From positions 64,001 to 128,000 of the IMG/VR virus record IMGVR_UViG_3300042453_003743: a DNA stretch of 64,000 nt. One strand, given 5' to 3'. The DNA is from a virus. This document shows positions 19,468 through 27,011 of this stretch, piece by piece (position 1 is the stretch's first letter; each line of letters begins with the position of its first letter). Under the pieces are notes generated by a model, which saw nothing but the letters and a program-made list of their open reading frames with translations, was not told where the DNA came from and made no database searches. Both the position numbers and the translations under genes were made by a program.

Positions 19468-19860
19468 ATGACCTGCACCACCCCCTGCCTCCCCGGTTTT
19501 GAGTCCATCCTCGCCGCCTCCCCGGCCCCCGTCAACTCCGCCGCCACGACCCGTCGCCGTGGCCGCTCCGGCCCCCGGGGCGTCCTCTACACCGTCTCCA
19601 CGGAGGAGTCGGCCCTCGGGCCTTGGGTCCACCGTGAGATCAGCGCGCAAGTGTGGCCCAACGGACGGGGCCAGCGTGTTGCCCGCATTCGGATGCAGGC
19701 CAACGCCTCGGACAGGATCGGCTACTCCTTCGGCATGGTCACCGTGACCGACACCAACGGTACGCCCATCTGCATCGGCATGGACAAGGAGCAGATGCGG
19801 TCGGTCGGTGCCGCCCTCCTCGCCGCAGCGAACTCCGCCCGCGCCAAGTGGCGCAAGTGA
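19468..19860 (+). CDS. early hypothetical protein
   Basis: AGGAG SD; TTGACA-N17-TAAACT promoter near 19385. Confidence 0.75.
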   Translation: MTCTTPCLPGFESILAASPAPVNSAATTRRRGRSGPRGVLYTVSTEESALGPWVHREISAQVWPNGRGQRVARIRMQANASDRIGYSFGMVTVTDTNGTPICIGMDKEQMRSVGAALLAAANSARAKWRK

Positions 19861-19935
19861 GGACCGGACAGAGAGGGGAGGGGTCGCATGACCCCTCCCC
19901 TTGACACTCGCACCACCATCGGATACAATACGCCC

Positions 19936-20118
19936 ATGAAGAACAGCACCACCGAACTCCGCTTCCTCTCCGCCATGCTCTGGCTCTCATCCTTCGCGGG
20001 CACCGCGCTCTGCGTGAACTGGGCGATGGATGGGCACTACCTCCTGTCCGCTTTCACAGGTCTACTGGTTCTGGGCTGCGGATGCCTGATCGCCCATGTT
20101 CACTACCTGCGGAAATAA
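19936..20118 (+). CDS. small two-TM membrane protein (leaderless)
   Basis: Two hydrophobic segments; TTGACA-N17-TACAAT-N6-ATG. Confidence 0.7.
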   Translation: MKNSTTELRFLSAMLWLSSFAGTALCVNWAMDGHYLLSAFTGLLVLGCGCLIAHVHYLRK

Positions 20119-20168
20119 ATCTTCCGGCATCACTTGACACTCGCACCACCAACGGATACAATACACCC

Positions 20169-20447
20169 ATGAAGCGCACCACCACCAAAGACCTGATTGA
20201 TTCCATCCGCACCCTCAACCGCGAGTTGGGCTTCCCCGATGATGGAGGCACCGCCCTGGGCCTCGGTTCGATTCCCGGTTCGTTCTGCCTCTCGGGAGCC
20301 TACGGAGGCTGGCAGATTCAGCGATTCGTCGGACAGGGTTTGGAGTCCGTCACCACCGGATACCGCCCAAAGCGGCAAGTCCGGGAACTAGTAGAGGCAA
20401 TGGTGCAGGGTGTGCGCCTGCACCGCGCCTACCAGATGATCGCATAA
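20169..20447 (+). CDS. early hypothetical protein (leaderless)
   Basis: Promoter nearly identical to the previous one; LSGAYGGWQI motif. Confidence 0.75.
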   Translation: MKRTTTKDLIDSIRTLNRELGFPDDGGTALGLGSIPGSFCLSGAYGGWQIQRFVGQGLESVTTGYRPKRQVRELVEAMVQGVRLHRAYQMIA

Positions 20448-20520
20448 CGAGGTGGTGCTCGTCAACCGAAGAGGCTAACGCCCTGCCCCGGATGTTCCGG
20501 GGCTAGGTTTTTTTATTGGC
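20447..20520 (+). ncRNA. structured 3' element, copy 1 (hairpin + multistem junction + U-tract)
   Basis: Near-identical to 21842-21915 with compensatory stem changes. Confidence 0.6.
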
Positions 20521-20522
20521 AG

Positions 20523-20635
20523 TTGACACCTGCAAACGCCCGTGGTACAATCTACTTGGTTCACAAATGTATTGTTATTCTCTTTTTCCCACAGCCGACC
20601 AAGTATATTCTACCATGAGGGTATTGCGGTGTCAA
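20523..20635. promoter_or_regulatory. face-to-face pair of gene-less sigma70 promoters
   Basis: Plus: TTGACA-N17-TACAAT-CTACTTGGT (20523-20560). Minus: TTGACA-N17-TAGAAT-ATACTTGGT (20635-20598). Confidence 0.75.
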
Positions 20636-20713
20636 GTCGAGTTATCGGTCTGTGTATAACTTTGATTGTTGGGGTCACTTGACACCGTGGCGCGGGTGTG
20701 GTATCATCATTGC

Positions 20714-21277
20714 ATGAGCACCACTCACACCAACCGTTTCGAAACCGTTCGCACCCTTGCCATCGGCAACTTCATCAACCTACTGACCCGCGCCACGGAG
20801 GCCGATCACCAAGCCGCCAGCGCATGGTACAATGACGCGCAGGCGTTCGCTAACTCGCTCCGCCCCATCACCGGATGGAACCTTGAGGTGGCCGCTAGCG
20901 TCGTGTCAGCCTTCTCGCCCCGCGTCACTTGGGGCCACAACAAGGCGAAGGCGCTCCAGTATGCGCAGGGCATCACGCCGAAGGGGCTGGGCTCCCATGT
21001 CGCTGCGGCGGATCGCTGCGTGGCGGACGGGTTCAACGGGCTGCGCGGGCTCAAGACGAACGCATTCGCCCGTGCCATTGCCGGGGACACGCAGGCCGTC
21101 GTGGTGGATGTGTGGATGTGCCGTGCTGCGGGGCTCGGGAAGGACGCTCCGAACAAGACGGAATATCGGGCAATCGCGGACGCGATCCGCACCATCGCAT
21201 CCACGCGGGTCGTGAACATGGAACCCGCCACGCTTCAGGCTCTCCTGTGGATCATCATCCGGGGGAAGGCGGAGTAA
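20714..21277 (+). CDS. HhH-glycosylase-like protein (DUF7178-like), early copy (leaderless)
   Basis: AWY, SAFSPR..W..N, GLKTNAF..AI, VVVDVW and LQALLW motifs; TTGACA-N17-TATCAT-N6-ATG. Confidence 0.75.
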   Translation: MSTTHTNRFETVRTLAIGNFINLLTRATEADHQAASAWYNDAQAFANSLRPITGWNLEVAASVVSAFSPRVTWGHNKAKALQYAQGITPKGLGSHVAAADRCVADGFNGLRGLKTNAFARAIAGDTQAVVVDVWMCRAAGLGKDAPNKTEYRAIADAIRTIASTRVVNMEPATLQALLWIIIRGKAE

Positions 21278-21324
21278 TCCGCCACCCCCTTGACAGGCCG
21301 CACCCCATAGAGTATACTACACCC

Positions 21325-21570
21325 ATGACCAACACCACCACCGAAACCCCCATCGACTACAGAACCGACCCCCGTTACAAGTACGCCTTCGCATACGGAG
21401 TCCTCTCGCATTGCATGACCGTCGTTGCCGAACTGGTCGAACGGTCCAAGCGTGAGGGGGAGATGATCGACCCCAACAACCCGGACCTGAAGTGGGCCAT
21501 CACCCAGTTCAAGATCGCAGACGACAATCTCCACACAGACTCCCAGCACACAAGGTACAATACGCCATGA
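21325..21570 (+). CDS. early hypothetical protein (leaderless)
   Basis: TTGACA-N17-TATACT-N6-ATG (MTNTTTE...). Confidence 0.7.
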   Translation: MTNTTTETPIDYRTDPRYKYAFAYGVLSHCMTVVAELVERSKREGEMIDPNNPDLKWAITQFKIADDNLHTDSQHTRYNTP

Positions 21571-21842
21571 GCACCACCAACTGGCACAAGCATTTCGGTT
21601 CCGCTATGGACTCGGATCGAACCGTGGAATGCGTTCAATGCGGTTCTTCCATGATCGGAGATGGCCCTGCACAGCCCGTCATCTGCACCGAATGCTACAA
21701 CCACTCGGGCATCATCCTGCGGGATCGGGTGATCTGCATGGAGTGTGCCTCTGAAGTTCTGGAACACGGAACGCTAGTCACCCCCGACACTCACCCCGAT
21801 GGGTTCACTTGCGCGGATTGTGGGGAAACTTCAACGATCTAA
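21567..21842 (+). CDS. early multi-CxxC zinc-finger protein
   Basis: CVQC, CTEC, CMEC and CADC; ATGA overlap; TACAAT upstream. Confidence 0.7.
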   Translation: MSTTNWHKHFGSAMDSDRTVECVQCGSSMIGDGPAQPVICTECYNHSGIILRDRVICMECASEVLEHGTLVTPDTHPDGFTCADCGETSTI

Positions 21843-21915
21843 CGAGGTGGTGCTCGTCAACCGAAAAGGATTCGTCCCTGCCCCGATTCGTTCGGGGCTA
21901 GGTTTTTTTATTGGC
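21842..21915 (+). ncRNA. structured 3' element, copy 2
   Basis: See copy 1 at 20447. Confidence 0.6.
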
Positions 21916-21917
21916 AC

Positions 21918-21955
21918 TTGACATCGGACAGGATGTATGGTAGAATCTACTTGGT
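21918..21955 (+). promoter_or_regulatory. gene-less sigma70 promoter
   Basis: TTGACA-N17-TAGAAT-CTACTTGGT, then A-tract. Confidence 0.75.
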
Positions 21956-22028
21956 GAACAAAACAAAAATGATTTCTCTCATCACGCACCCCCTTGACAC
22001 CCGTGGCCGTTCGTGATACAATGGGTCC

Positions 22029-22394
22029 ATGACACCACTCAACCACATCCCCAACCGAACCGATTCCTGCATCATGCTCATCGAGTCCATCCGCATGGCT
22101 CACTCCGACCTCTCATGCACGAAGGCCAACCCGGAAGAAACCAATGCGGCCCTCGCTTTCTGCGAGATCGCCGTCAGCATCCCCCCGTCGTGGTTCACGC
22201 ATGAGGAGCGCATCATGGTCAAGGAAACCATCGACACGCTCTACGGTGACGCTCTGAAGTTCATCATCGACCTCGACGGAGGACACGTTTCCTTCATCAA
22301 CAAGTGCAACAACCTCTGCCACGGGCGTTCGTTGGAGTCGTTCGTGGATGTGATGATGCGGCAGCACATGGCGGAGTTTGGATCGGTAGCCTGA
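22029..22394 (+). CDS. early hypothetical protein (leaderless)
   Basis: TTGACA-N17-TACAAT-N6-ATG; hairpin at 22401-22432. Confidence 0.75.
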   Translation: MTPLNHIPNRTDSCIMLIESIRMAHSDLSCTKANPEETNAALAFCEIAVSIPPSWFTHEERIMVKETIDTLYGDALKFIIDLDGGHVSFINKCNNLCHGRSLESFVDVMMRQHMAEFGSVA

Positions 22395-22490
22395 AGGTGA
22401 AGTCCACCCCCCGGCCAACGCCGGGGGGTGGACGGATAGTAGTCACTACTGATAGTAGACCCCCGATAATATTTCAATAATATTTGGGAC

Positions 22491-22528
22491 TTGACACGCC
22501 GGGATGGTCATGATACAATCGTCTTGGA
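22491..22528 (+). promoter_or_regulatory. gene-less sigma70 promoter (variant)
   Basis: TTGACA-N17-TACAAT-CGTCTTGGA, flanked by CCGATAAT sites. Confidence 0.65.
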
Positions 22529-22610
22529 CGACATTCAAAACAGAGTCCGATAATAAAAAAGATGGACGAGATGGCTTGACACGGACGGGGTGGCATGGTA
22601 GAATGCCAAC

Positions 22611-22841
22611 ATGAACAACCCCAACAACTACAACGACGACGACGCTGAATACTCCGACCTCATGCCCTACGACGATGCGTTCACCGACGAGGACTTCGTT
22701 CAGGAACTCATTGACGAGGGATACAGCGAGGATGAGGCCCGCCGCATGGTTGGCGAGTACGACGCCAACGAATACTACGGCATTGACGAGGACAACGACC
22801 GGGATGTTCCCGACTTCGTTGACGATGGAGACTTCGAATGA
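22611..22841 (+). CDS. hyper-acidic early protein (leaderless)
   Basis: About 29 D/E in 76 aa, 3 Arg, no Lys; TTGACA-N17-TAGAAT-N6-ATG. Confidence 0.75.
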   Translation: MNNPNNYNDDDAEYSDLMPYDDAFTDEDFVQELIDEGYSEDEARRMVGEYDANEYYGIDEDNDRDVPDFVDDGDFE

Positions 22842-23212
22842 ATGTAAGAATCATTCGGAGCGACAGGCCGACCACCAGCAAAAGGTGGGTCAAAAGACGA
22901 ATCAACGAAACCCTTCGGGGAATCTTCTTTGCATCAGCCGTCATCAGCACGAAGGACTCTGGAAAGAGTTGTAATGGAATGTCAGTAGACATTCACCCTT
23001 TCCCGACCGGAACGATCATTTTCGATGTCCAACTGGGAACGGACTGGACCCGAAAGGGAGTTGAAGCATTCTTGCGCTACATGGAGCAGTCGAACGGTGT
23101 AGTGAGCGTGACCTTGACAACCACAACCGACTCTGATACAATCCACCCATGCGAAAGCCACCCAACCACCGACCCGACCGACCGACCACTTGCGACTTCA
23201 GCGACTTGCTGA
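22838..23212 (+). CDS. hypothetical protein
   Basis: ATGA coupling with GGAG SD; 3' end overlaps next promoter and ORF. Confidence 0.5.
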   Translation: MNVRIIRSDRPTTSKRWVKRRINETLRGIFFASAVISTKDSGKSCNGMSVDIHPFPTGTIIFDVQLGTDWTRKGVEAFLRYMEQSNGVVSVTLTTTTDSDTIHPCESHPTTDPTDRPLATSATC

Positions 23213-23391
23213 ACGAGGTCGCCAAGTTCACCGAAACCAACCCCCTGTGGTTTGAGAACCCGGAGGACTTGGCGCGAATGGCAAGAGCCTACGGCATCAT
23301 CACGATGATGAGTGGACCGGATTCATGCACGGAGGATGAGTGCGAATACATCCTCAACCTTCACCGCACCCTTCAGGAGAACCACAAGTGA
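23149..23391 (+). CDS. early hypothetical protein (leaderless)
   Basis: TTGACA-N17-TACAAT-N6-ATG. Confidence 0.7.
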   Translation: MRKPPNHRPDRPTTCDFSDLLNEVAKFTETNPLWFENPEDLARMARAYGIITMMSGPDSCTEDECEYILNLHRTLQENHK

Positions 23392-23756
23392 ACCCCACCA
23401 ACAAGTTTGACGGATTCTTCAGCGGGAACGGAGAAATCCCGCAGAATGTGGAGATGCGACCCCCCACGGTGCCGATGATGGTTCACACCCTCATCGTCCT
23501 GACCGGAACCACGCCGGAGTGGTACAAGAACGAGAAGAACCGCATCATTGCCTGCTCGTTCTTGGAGGCCATTGCCGATGGGGTCAAGGAGTTCAGGGAC
23601 GGGAAGGAGAAGGATTCTCCGATCTCCCTCTCCGAAGCCGCGTTCCTGATGATGACCTCCGAGATTCTGTTCGCCACGCAGCAGTTCGCCTCCGACGAGG
23701 AGCGCGAGCGTTGGCCTGACCGACCGGACACCGTGAGCGACGAGGACGAGGAGTGA
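23388..23756 (+). CDS. hypothetical protein
   Basis: GTG start, AGGAG SD, GTGA overlap. Confidence 0.7.
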   Translation: MNPTNKFDGFFSGNGEIPQNVEMRPPTVPMMVHTLIVLTGTTPEWYKNEKNRIIACSFLEAIADGVKEFRDGKEKDSPISLSEAAFLMMTSEILFATQQFASDEERERWPDRPDTVSDEDEE

Positions 23757-23794
23757 CTTGACAACCCGCGCCCATCGGGTACAATGGGCATCCC

Positions 23795-23867
23795 GCCTCT
23801 GTAGCGCAGTTGGTAGCGCAGTTGACTTTTAATCAATTGGTCGTGGGTTCGAACCCCACCGGAGGCA
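23795..23867 (+). tRNA. tRNA-Lys(UUU)
   Basis: Cloverleaf GCCTCTG...CGGAGGC-A; loop CTTTTAA; GTTCGAAC; own promoter at 23758. Confidence 0.95.
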
Positions 23868-23869
23868 TT

Positions 23870-24136
23870 ATGAAAGACAACGAAATCCTAATTCACGCAC
23901 TCACGGAGTCAGACAAACTGCAAATAATTTTTGCAGAACTCATGGAGTTTTGGTTGGAGGGAAAGGAACCTCCCACTTGGTTGGTTGATCAGTACTACGA
24001 CCAACTGGAAGAAGTTCAGGTGGCTTTCAGCGCCGACAAGTTGCATGAGGTCGTGGCGCAGAAGAACCGAGACTTCTACGACGACCTTCAAAATAAACTT
24101 GAAGGCTTGCTTGACAACACCCCGGACTTGTTCTAG
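23870..24136 (+). CDS. acidic hypothetical protein
   Basis: ATG 2 nt after tRNA-Lys; GGAGG lies inside the tRNA 3' strand. Confidence 0.7.
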   Translation: MKDNEILIHALTESDKLQIIFAELMEFWLEGKEPPTWLVDQYYDQLEEVQVAFSADKLHEVVAQKNRDFYDDLQNKLEGLLDNTPDLF

Positions 24137-24147
24137 AATGGGGTCAC

Positions 24148-24220
24148 GGCACGGTAGACCAACGGCAGAGTCAATTGACTCAAAATCAATAAAGTGTGGG
24201 TTCGAATCCCACCCGTGCTA
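24148..24220 (+). tRNA. tRNA-Leu(CAA) with short variable loop
   Basis: GGCACGG...CCGTGCT-A; ATTGA-CTCAAAA-TCAAT; 5-nt variable region; GTTCGAAT. Confidence 0.88.
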
Positions 24221-24325
24221 CTAAAATAGAGGCGGATCTTCTTCAAGACCGTCCAAGTTGAGAAGGTGAAAGTCTGACGAGTCCGATTCTTTGTAATCGT
24301 AGTGCAGTAAAGTAGCCTTCGACTT

Positions 24326-24399
24326 GTTCCCGTAGCCCAGTTGGATAGAGCAGCCGCCTTCTAAGCGGCAGGTCGCTGGTTCGAATCCAGCCGGGAACG
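24326..24399 (+). tRNA. tRNA-Arg(UCU)
   Basis: GTTCCCG...CGGGAAC-G; loop CTTCTAA; GTTCGAAT. Confidence 0.95.
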
Positions 24400-24541
24400 C
24401 TTGACAAGAAAGGAAACGGTGCTACAATGCTGTACATGAACACCCCAAAGAGTATATTATAAGTTTTGGCGGTGGTTCAAACAAACCGCATAGAGGCAAC
24501 CTACGGTTGCACGGTTCGCAGAGCCGTACAACTCTGCATAC

Positions 24542-24617
24542 GGAAGGGTGGCTGAATCGTAGTTAGAGCGCATGCCTTATAAGCGTGAATATGTGGGTGC
24601 AACTCCCGCCCCTTCCA
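24542..24617 (+). tRNA. tRNA-Ile(UAU), atypical
   Basis: GGAAGGG...CCCTTCC-A; CATGC-CTTATAA-GCGTG; T-loop TGCAACT. Confidence 0.8.
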
Positions 24618-24640
24618 CTTCCCCCAACCAAAGGAACGAG

Positions 24641-24847
24641 ATGGATCTCAACAAGATCAGAGAGTGCTTGACAACGTTGGAAGACTTCGCCGCCATTCTT
24701 GATGATGGCATGGCTCCTGTCACGCAGGAGGAGATCGAAATCATGGCAGAGGAACTTCCCAAGATCATCTCCACTCTCAAGAAGGAAACCGATGTCAGCA
24801 CGGGCACCGATATGTACGTCAAGTACAGCGGCTTCTGTGACGGCTAA
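24641..24847 (+). CDS. hypothetical protein
   Basis: AAGGA SD; MDLNKIRE start. Confidence 0.65.
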   Translation: MDLNKIRECLTTLEDFAAILDDGMAPVTQEEIEIMAEELPKIISTLKKETDVSTGTDMYVKYSGFCDG

Positions 24848-24898
24848 AAGTTTTTGTTTTTTGCTTGACAACCCCCAACCACAAGGTACAATAGACAC

Positions 24899-25180
24899 AT
24901 GAACTTCGACTTCAACAACATCGCCCTGATCGCCCTCTCGCTCTTTGCCGGATACTTCGGCCTCGCCTACATGAAGGCCCGCTTTGAGGACAGGATGCGC
25001 GCCTACACGCAGCGCATGGATGATCTTCAGACTTGGTTCGACCGTGAGAACGAGCGCATCATGGATCGGATTCGGACTCTTGATGTCCGCGTGAATGATC
25101 TCCGTTTCAACTACGAGACTCACGCCGAATGCAAGAGCAAGTACCCGGCGGAGAAGAACTACTACAACACGGAAGTCTAA
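24899..25180 (+). CDS. membrane-anchored coiled-coil protein (leaderless)
   Basis: N-terminal TM; TTGACA-N16-TACAAT-N6-ATG. Confidence 0.75.
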   Translation: MNFDFNNIALIALSLFAGYFGLAYMKARFEDRMRAYTQRMDDLQTWFDRENERIMDRIRTLDVRVNDLRFNYETHAECKSKYPAEKNYYNTEV

Positions 25181-25205
25181 ATCCGCTCTAGACTTCCTCT
25201 CATAC

Positions 25206-25240
25206 CAGAGAGCCCCGCAATGGGCTCTCTGTTTTTATTT
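25206..25240 (+). terminator. intrinsic terminator
   Basis: CAGAGAGCCC-cgcaat-GGGCTCTCTG-TTTTTATTT. Confidence 0.8.
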
Positions 25241-25305
25241 TGACAGTAATCTACTGATAGTAGTTTTGGATCGGATAGTAGTCCGATAACTAGGCGGCAC
25301 TCGGC

Positions 25306-25343
25306 TTGACAAGTGGAAGGTGATGTGGTACAATCATATTGGT
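25306..25343 (+). promoter_or_regulatory. gene-less sigma70 promoter
   Basis: TTGACA-N17-TACAAT-CATATTGGT, preceded by GATAGTAGT x2 and AGTCCGATAAC. Confidence 0.7.
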
Positions 25344-25423
25344 GGACAATATAAAAATGGATATTTCAAAATATTTGCGATAGGGTACTTGACACCCCAA
25401 AAAGATTGTGGTACAATGTTCGC

Positions 25424-26695
25424 ATGAACAGCAACATCGACCGCCGCAAGCAGAAGTTCCTCAAGGCTCTCACCGACCTGTACGGAGTCCCATCCTCCAT
25501 CGGTGAGGCACGGTACACCCGTGAGCAGTGCATCAACGCCTTCCACAACACTTACAAGGTGTCGCCCAACGACAACTACAGCACCCTCCCGGCTTGGATC
25601 GTGCAAGACAAGTCCCGTCGCCTTGGCCGGGGACTCTACAACATTCCCGAAACGGTTGTCCTGACCGACGCCATCGAACCCGAAAATGTTTACGAAACTT
25701 CAGGACAGGATTTGACACCACAGGAAACTTGTGGTAGAATGGAAACCATGAACAGCAGCAACTACAACCTCGTCATGCCGTCCAACGATGTTTCCCTCGT
25801 CCCCGTCAAGAACGAAACTTTCGTTCCGTGGGGACACTACGAGGACATCAATGCCATCCTCGCCTCCAAGCAGTTCGCTCCGGTCTACATCACGGGTCTG
25901 TCGGGCAACGGCAAGACCACGATGATCGAACAGGTCTGCGCGAACACCGGACGGGAGTGCATCCGTGTCAACATCACCGCCGAAACCGACGAGGATGACC
26001 TGATCGGTGGGTTCCGCCTCATCAACGGCGAAACCAAGTTCGTGTTCGGTGGAGTCGTGCAGGCCATGCAGCGTGGCGCAATCCTCCTGTTGGACGAGAT
26101 CGACTTGGGAACGGAGCGCATGATGTGCCTTCAGCCCGTGCTTGAGGGCAAGGGTGTCTACATCAAGAAGATCGGAATGTTCGTCAAGCCCGCTCCCGGC
26201 TTCAATGTGGTCGCCACCGCCAACACGAAGGGCAAGGGCGAGTCTGATCGGTTCGTCGGCACCCGCTGCATGAACGAGGCGTTCCTTGACCGCTTCTCCT
26301 ACTGGTTTGAGCAGGAGTACGCTGATAGGGTGGTGGAGGCCCGCATCATCATCCGCAAGATGAAGGCGTATGGCAAGGAGGACAAGGACTTCGCGCAGTA
26401 CCTCGTCAAGTGGGCGGAAACGATCCGCTTGGGCTTCAAGGAGGGCGGCTTGGATGACATCATCACGACCCGTCGCTTGGAGGAGGTCTGCAAGGCGTTC
26501 GCCATCTTCAACGACAAGGAGAAGGCGATCAAGTTGACTCTCACCCGGTTCGACCCGGCTACGCAGGAGGCGTTCTACAACCTCTACACCAAGATCGACC
26601 CGACCATCCTTCCGCCTGTGGACGGGATGGACAAGGAGAAGCAGGCCGTTCCCGCTCCCTCCCCGTCTGACACCAACTACGCAATCAACGCCTAA
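25424..26695 (+). CDS. MoxR/CobS-like AAA+ ATPase
   Basis: Walker A GLSGNGKT, Walker B LLLDEID, DEDDLIGG, ATANTKG and NEAFLDRF; leaderless promoter. Confidence 0.9.
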   Translation: MNSNIDRRKQKFLKALTDLYGVPSSIGEARYTREQCINAFHNTYKVSPNDNYSTLPAWIVQDKSRRLGRGLYNIPETVVLTDAIEPENVYETSGQDLTPQETCGRMETMNSSNYNLVMPSNDVSLVPVKNETFVPWGHYEDINAILASKQFAPVYITGLSGNGKTTMIEQVCANTGRECIRVNITAETDEDDLIGGFRLINGETKFVFGGVVQAMQRGAILLLDEIDLGTERMMCLQPVLEGKGVYIKKIGMFVKPAPGFNVVATANTKGKGESDRFVGTRCMNEAFLDRFSYWFEQEYADRVVEARIIIRKMKAYGKEDKDFAQYLVKWAETIRLGFKEGGLDDIITTRRLEEVCKAFAIFNDKEKAIKLTLTRFDPATQEAFYNLYTKIDPTILPPVDGMDKEKQAVPAPSPSDTNYAINA

Positions 26696-26712
26696 CAAAA
26701 AGGAAAAAGAAA

Positions 26713-26937
26713 ATGCCTTACATGAACAAGCGCAATCGTTTCGTCGCAGCCGCCAAGCAGTACGCGGATGCCAACCTCAACGGCGACTACAGCAACTTCA
26801 AGAAGTCTGACCTCCTCACGGTCGCACAGTCGATCAACATGAAGGGGACTCCGACTTGGGTTGTCAAGGAGTACGCAAGCGCGGTGAGCCGTGGCGTCTA
26901 CGACCTGACGAGCCTGATCGCTCCTGTGACTGTCTGA
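26713..26937 (+). CDS. small protein homologous to the N-terminal domain of the AAA ATPase
   Basis: PTWVV...SRGVYDL vs PAWIV...GRGLYNI; AAGGA SD. Confidence 0.7.
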   Translation: MPYMNKRNRFVAAAKQYADANLNGDYSNFKKSDLLTVAQSINMKGTPTWVVKEYASAVSRGVYDLTSLIAPVTV

Positions 26938-27011
26938 TGCTGTTCTGATGTGGGGTGGGGCAATCGGCCCCACCCCTTGACAAGACGCACCACCTGTGGT
27001 AGAATACCGAC

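Noticed and set aside
20651-20659. DnaA box TTATACACA (minus strand)
   Set aside because: A single copy is expected by chance; no cluster
24148-24220. tRNA as a UGA suppressor or sign of an alternative genetic code
   Set aside because: The 7-nt loop CTCAAAA centres on CAA; conserved genes are intact in code 11 and TGA is used as a stop
24265-24300. Hammerhead ribozyme (GAAA...CTGACGA)
   Set aside because: Core elements are only 2 nt apart, with no room for stems I and III
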